A stretch of DNA of 64,000 nt from an uncultured virus (IMG/VR IMGVR_UViG_3300032322_002004) (lineage: Duplodnaviria > Heunggongvirae > Uroviricota > Caudoviricetes), in IMG/VR virus record IMGVR_UViG_3300032322_002004; one strand, 5' to 3'. Below are positions 59,824-64,000 of the stretch, piece by piece. The notes beneath the pieces were generated by a model. It saw only the letters and a list, made by a program, of their open reading frames with translations. It had not been told where the DNA came from and did no database searches. Each line of letters starts with the position of its first letter. The stretch's first letter is position 1. The position numbers and the translations under genes are program-made.

Positions 59824-59875
59824 TTCCTTAAGACGCTACAGAGCACAAGTGCTCTAAGCTAAACAAAGGAAAACT

Positions 59876-60289
59876 ATGAGCCTACTCGATATCAAATCAA
59901 ATCTACGTCAATACCTAGCACTAAAAAAAGAAGTTGAACTTTTAACAAAACGTCAAGACGAATTAAAGTCTCGTCTTAAAGCTACAGTTGAAGCCGCAGG
60001 TGAAGCAGATGACCGCGGACACGTCACACTTAAAGTGGATGACGAAATCACAGGTGAAGTAACCCTTACACAACAACGTCGTGTATCAAAAACTCTTGAC
60101 ATGAGCGTTGCCGAAGATCTATTAAAAGAACGTGGCATTTACGATAAGTGCGTAAAGATGATCCCAGTACTTCAAGAAGATGCAATTATGTCCTGTGTTT
60201 ATACAGGCGAACTTTCAGAAGCTGATGTTGACACCATGTTCCCCGCTAAAATTTCTTACGCATTCTTGGTTAAAGCATCGAATGACTGA
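59876..60289 (+). CDS. Hypothetical coiled-coil protein
   Basis: AAAGGA RBS; N-terminal coiled coil. Confidence 0.7.
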   Translation: MSLLDIKSNLRQYLALKKEVELLTKRQDELKSRLKATVEAAGEADDRGHVTLKVDDEITGEVTLTQQRRVSKTLDMSVAEDLLKERGIYDKCVKMIPVLQEDAIMSCVYTGELSEADVDTMFPAKISYAFLVKASND

Positions 60290-60755
60290 TGATCTAATCA
60301 ATTCTACTTTTGCTGACTTGGATAGTTACTATCCAGGCAGTAAGCGGAAACGCAAACCAATAGAGGTTAAGAAACCTGAAATAGAGTTGGATACCACTTG
60401 GGATTCCAAACCTTTTAAAAAAACATTACCCAATGGCAGAGACCTTGAGATGTTTACTATTGGTGCTGTAGCTGCCGCAGTAGGTCGCCCAATTGCTTCA
60501 ATACGTGCTTGGATCAAAGAAGGTTACCTACCGGCTTCTCCGTATAGGCTTCCAACTAAAAAGGATGTCCACGGAAAAGACCACGCAGGGAGGCGGTTGT
60601 ATTCAAGAGCCATGGTGGAAAAGCTAGTAGAAATACTAGATAAGGCTGGACTATTGCACACGAAGCGCATAGAATGGCCTTTACACCGGCAAGTATCTTT
60701 GGATATCGCCGAGGCTTGGAGTCAAATCCGAGCAAATGAAAACAATGAAAACTAA
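60282..60755 (+). CDS. MerR-like HTH DNA-binding protein
   Basis: FTIGAVAAAVGRPIASIRAWIKEGYLP...GRRLYS. Confidence 0.78.
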   Translation: MTDDLINSTFADLDSYYPGSKRKRKPIEVKKPEIELDTTWDSKPFKKTLPNGRDLEMFTIGAVAAAVGRPIASIRAWIKEGYLPASPYRLPTKKDVHGKDHAGRRLYSRAMVEKLVEILDKAGLLHTKRIEWPLHRQVSLDIAEAWSQIRANENNEN

Positions 60756-60775
60756 AACAAAAGGATGAAAAACAT

Positions 60776-61450
60776 ATGGCAGTAAACCGTACAGAGGACT
60801 ATGTCCCAGAGACAGATGCGTTCGCAACAGTGAGCACACCAATTGAGTCTCGCCCAATGCAAGCAACATCAAAGCCTGTAGTTCAATCAGGTTGGGATGC
60901 AGCAGAAAAATCATCAGTCGCTTCCGGCGACTTTCCATCCGAGTTCAAGTTCACTGATGGTGAATATCAAATCATCAAGTTCCTTGATCCAAATGGCCCA
61001 TTCGCTGTTTATAAGCAGCACTTCTTGTCACAGAAAACAAGTGGCAAGCGTTCATACATTTCACTGGGGGCAAATGACCCATTGTGTGTAAAGCTAGGTA
61101 GCAAGCCTGAAGATAAAAAAGCTTTCAGTATTGCTAACCTCAGTGTCCCAGGCGGTGTCGAGCGACAGATGATGATCGCAAGCCCACGTCTTTACAAGAC
61201 ATTGCATGCAGCACACTTCTCACCAGCCGGTCCTTTAACAAAGAACTACTGGGCAATTAGCCGTACAGGCAAAATGCAAAGCACCGTCTATCACCTTAAC
61301 CCTGTTAAGGCTCGTGATCTTCTCGAGGACTGGGGCATTGACGTTGAATCACAAGAAGCCGCAATCGCAGCACTAACTCCGTTTGAAGCTTCAGCCATTA
61401 AGGCTCCTACATGGGAAGAACTTGAAGCAGTAGCAGACAGCCTTCTCTAA
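60776..61450 (+). CDS. Putative single-stranded DNA-binding protein (gp32-like)
   Basis: IIKFLD..PFAVYKQH pattern, acidic tail, and position before the polymerase. Confidence 0.6.
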   Translation: MAVNRTEDYVPETDAFATVSTPIESRPMQATSKPVVQSGWDAAEKSSVASGDFPSEFKFTDGEYQIIKFLDPNGPFAVYKQHFLSQKTSGKRSYISLGANDPLCVKLGSKPEDKKAFSIANLSVPGGVERQMMIASPRLYKTLHAAHFSPAGPLTKNYWAISRTGKMQSTVYHLNPVKARDLLEDWGIDVESQEAAIAALTPFEASAIKAPTWEELEAVADSLL

Positions 61451-61460
61451 TCAATTAATT

Positions 61461-61499
61461 GCGGACGGGGCTAGTGCTAACTGCATTAGCCCCATCTGC
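61461..61499 (+). terminator. Hairpin between SSB and polymerase
   Basis: GGGGCTAGTGC-taact-GCATTAGCCCC; no U-tract. Confidence 0.5.
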
Positions 61500-61516
61500 G
61501 TAATAAGGAGCACTAT

Positions 61517-63496
61517 ATGGAACACATTATTACTACCCGAGAACAACTTGATGAGATGGTTGCGTACTATCTTAAGCAAGATGCTTTTGCTTACGATTGC
61601 GAAACCGTAGGAGATAAACGTGTTATTCCAGCAGTTAACGAAGTACTATGGCTTAGTTTTTCGACACATGGCCGCGGTGATGTTATTCCGCTTGGCCACC
61701 CACACGGTGAGTTTGAGTCAGAAACTTTCCCACTTACACCACAAGGAGAAAAGCGCGTATTGGCAGGTTTGCCAATTCGTGAGAGTGATTACTCTAAAGA
61801 CCGCAAGAAAGCTATTAAGTCTTTCGGATCAGCTCCTACCCAATTATTTCCAGCAGAAGTTTTTGAGGCATTAAAGCCTTTATTTTTTAACGAGAACATT
61901 TTAACAATTGGTCACAACCTTGGGTTTGACCTTAGTTCTGTAGCCAAGTATTACGGAGGAAATATACCTTCCGCACCCTACTTCGATACCTTAATGGCAT
62001 CGTTCCTTTATGATAATAAAAACAAGGGAAAGCTTGGCCTTGATGATTGCCTTCAAAGAGAACTTGGTTTTTCTATGGAAAAGGGCATTGGCCATATGGT
62101 TGAGATCTATGGTTTTAATGAGGTTGCTAAGTACGCATTCCTTGATGCCAAGTACACATTTATGCTTTGGAAAGTTTTAGCACCAAAACTTGCTGCTGCA
62201 AATGTTGAAAAGGTCATGGCGTTAGAGATGGACGTTCTTTCTGTGCTGTGCCATATGAAACTTACTGGCGCACCGATTGATATGAATCAACTACAGATTT
62301 TGTACGATAAGTTAAGTGAAGAAGTTGAACAAGTAAAAGCAGAGATTTACGCCATAGCTGGCATCTTTAATATGAACTCAAATGGCGATAAGCAGTATGT
62401 ACTTTACGGACCTAAAGAAGAAGGTTGCCGAGGTTTACGAACACACGTGCTTACCGGTAAAGGTGAGAAGAAAGCTAAAGAGAAGGGCGAGCAGTCTTTA
62501 ACTTATAAAGACTATTCAGTATCAGCCGAAGCTTTAGAAGATTTTAGAGGTAAAGACGACCTGGTAGATGCCCTACTAAAGTACTCAGATTTAAATAAAT
62601 TGTTAAGTACCTACGTAATTCCCTACCTTGGCGGTGAAGTGGTAAAGACTACCAATGGAAAAGCTAAGACAGAAGAGCGCGAGAGCTTACTTGTTAACGG
62701 CAGGATCTATGCAGACTTTATCCAATGGGGCGCAGAGACCGGTAGATTTTCTAGCCGTAACCCAAATCTACAGAACGTACCGGCTCCGCATACCGAGCAC
62801 GGTAAAGCTATTAGAAACTTATTTATTGCCCCAGAGGGCTACAAGCTTGTAGTAGCTGACTACTCACAGATTGAGCCACGTGTTATTGCCGCTATGTCTA
62901 AAGATCCAATCATGATGGATAACTATTTAACTGGCGGGGACATTTATACAACTGTAGGAAACACCATGGGTGTAGATCGCAAAGCCGGTAAAGTACTTGT
63001 ACTAGCTATGGCTTACGGAGTAGGGCCAGACAAGATTTCACGATCTATTGGTTGCACGGTTCCCGAAGCTAAAAAGCTTCTTAATGACTTTGCTGAGAAG
63101 TTTCCGTCGGTCAATGAGTACAAAACTACAGTCATTGGGGTTGCTAGGAACCTGGGCTATGTGACCACTATTTTAAACAGACGCCGTTACCTTCCTGATA
63201 TTACGTCTAGAAACATAGGGTTTAAGGCTAGTGCTGAGCGTCAGGCTTTTAATACGCGTATCCAGGGGTCAGCCGCAGATATCATCAAACTTGCTATGAT
63301 ACGCGCCCAAGACCTTCTACCCAAAGGGGCAAACATCATCCTTACCGTACACGATGAAATCGTTACCCTTACCCCAGATGCTTTAATTGAAGATACTAAA
63401 TCAGCTATTAAAGAGGCTATGGAAGGCATTACCCTATTACCTATACCGTTGGTGGCAGACATGGCGGTTGTCCAAAAGTGGGGAGATGCTAAGTGA
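61517..63496 (+). CDS. polA: DNA polymerase family A (3'-5' exonuclease + polymerase)
   Basis: DCET, HNLGFD and YAFLD exonuclease motifs; TGRFSS.NPNLQN, ADYSQIEPR, IQGSAAD and VHDE polymerase motifs. Confidence 0.95.
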   Translation: MEHIITTREQLDEMVAYYLKQDAFAYDCETVGDKRVIPAVNEVLWLSFSTHGRGDVIPLGHPHGEFESETFPLTPQGEKRVLAGLPIRESDYSKDRKKAIKSFGSAPTQLFPAEVFEALKPLFFNENILTIGHNLGFDLSSVAKYYGGNIPSAPYFDTLMASFLYDNKNKGKLGLDDCLQRELGFSMEKGIGHMVEIYGFNEVAKYAFLDAKYTFMLWKVLAPKLAAANVEKVMALEMDVLSVLCHMKLTGAPIDMNQLQILYDKLSEEVEQVKAEIYAIAGIFNMNSNGDKQYVLYGPKEEGCRGLRTHVLTGKGEKKAKEKGEQSLTYKDYSVSAEALEDFRGKDDLVDALLKYSDLNKLLSTYVIPYLGGEVVKTTNGKAKTEERESLLVNGRIYADFIQWGAETGRFSSRNPNLQNVPAPHTEHGKAIRNLFIAPEGYKLVVADYSQIEPRVIAAMSKDPIMMDNYLTGGDIYTTVGNTMGVDRKAGKVLVLAMAYGVGPDKISRSIGCTVPEAKKLLNDFAEKFPSVNEYKTTVIGVARNLGYVTTILNRRRYLPDITSRNIGFKASAERQAFNTRIQGSAADIIKLAMIRAQDLLPKGANIILTVHDEIVTLTPDALIEDTKSAIKEAMEGITLLPIPLVADMAVVQKWGDAK

Positions 63497-63960
63497 GATG
63501 GTTACGTCGTCTATTTAACCGGGAAGAGTATGTAGTCCACCGGGTCGATGTTCCGGTAAGCACTATTGTCCGCTGGTATATGTACGATACGTCTTTGTAT
63601 GATGAGAATGATTTAGCTGAGCTTATCGGGTTAAGTCGGGTAAGCCAAGAGGGCAACGCTAAAGAGCAAGAAGACAGCGATAATAGATTAGAAGCTATAG
63701 AGCAATATATGCCATTTTTAGATCAGATGGCAGATATAAGCGCCAACATCTTAACCACAATTCAATTAAAAGAGATATCAGATTCAGAGTATTTAACTAG
63801 TTTAGCTGAAGACATGCCTACAGAAATTATGCACAGTTTGTTTAAAGCTGTAGCATTGTCTACGTTGATCGGTACCTTTTCAATAGGTACTAATTTACAA
63901 ATAATTAACCCAACTTCAGTACCCACTGGGTTTATAAAGATGGAGGATATAGATGAGTAA
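63493..63960 (+). CDS. Hypothetical protein
   Basis: GTGA coupling; 155 aa. Confidence 0.65.
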   Translation: MRWLRRLFNREEYVVHRVDVPVSTIVRWYMYDTSLYDENDLAELIGLSRVSQEGNAKEQEDSDNRLEAIEQYMPFLDQMADISANILTTIQLKEISDSEYLTSLAEDMPTEIMHSLFKAVALSTLIGTFSIGTNLQIINPTSVPTGFIKMEDIDE

Positions 63961-64000
63961 TGTTGTTTGTAAAATAGTTGGCCATAAAATGTATAACATT
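63953..64000 (+). CDS. Partial ORF, truncated by the window end
   Basis: GGAGG RBS; MSNVVCKIVGHK... Confidence 0.45.
   Translation, partial: MSNVVCKIVGHKMYNI

Overview
The whole window is part of one large tailed-phage genome with a contractile tail (myovirus morphotype). The host is probably an Actinobacterium; this is inferred from leaderless TATACT-6nt-ATG starts, extended -10 promoters, a PASTA-like domain and SLT/lysozyme-like domains. Almost all genes are on the + strand; the only convincing minus-strand gene is a secreted lytic transglycosylase. Gene order: (1) 1-13.7 kb: a large Pro/Glu-rich putative membrane-anchored protein, membrane proteins, a CHAP endolysin, an Fn3/Cys-rich/Hint-domain fibre module, a PASTA-like structural protein, the SLT and holin-like genes. 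(2) 13.8-21.8 kb: terminase, portal, scaffold, major capsid and head-tail genes. (3) 21.8-37.6 kb: collagen-like and giant glycine-rich fibre proteins, a GT2-TPR glycosyltransferase and five Lys-rich microproteins. (4) 38-52 kb: sheath, tube, chaperone (probable +1 frameshift), tape measure and baseplate. (5) 52-64 kb: replication genes (HTH initiator, DnaC-like loader, DnaB, primase, dNMP kinase, SNF2 helicase, SSB, family A polymerase) and tRNA-Asn. The most unusual elements are the Hint-terminated adhesin with neighbouring modifier-like genes, a candidate anti-Shine-Dalgarno sRNA before terL, a UUU-CGU +1 frameshift, the convergent PASTA/secreted-SLT pair, and the basic microprotein array. 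All product calls come from recognising motifs by eye; no database searches were run.
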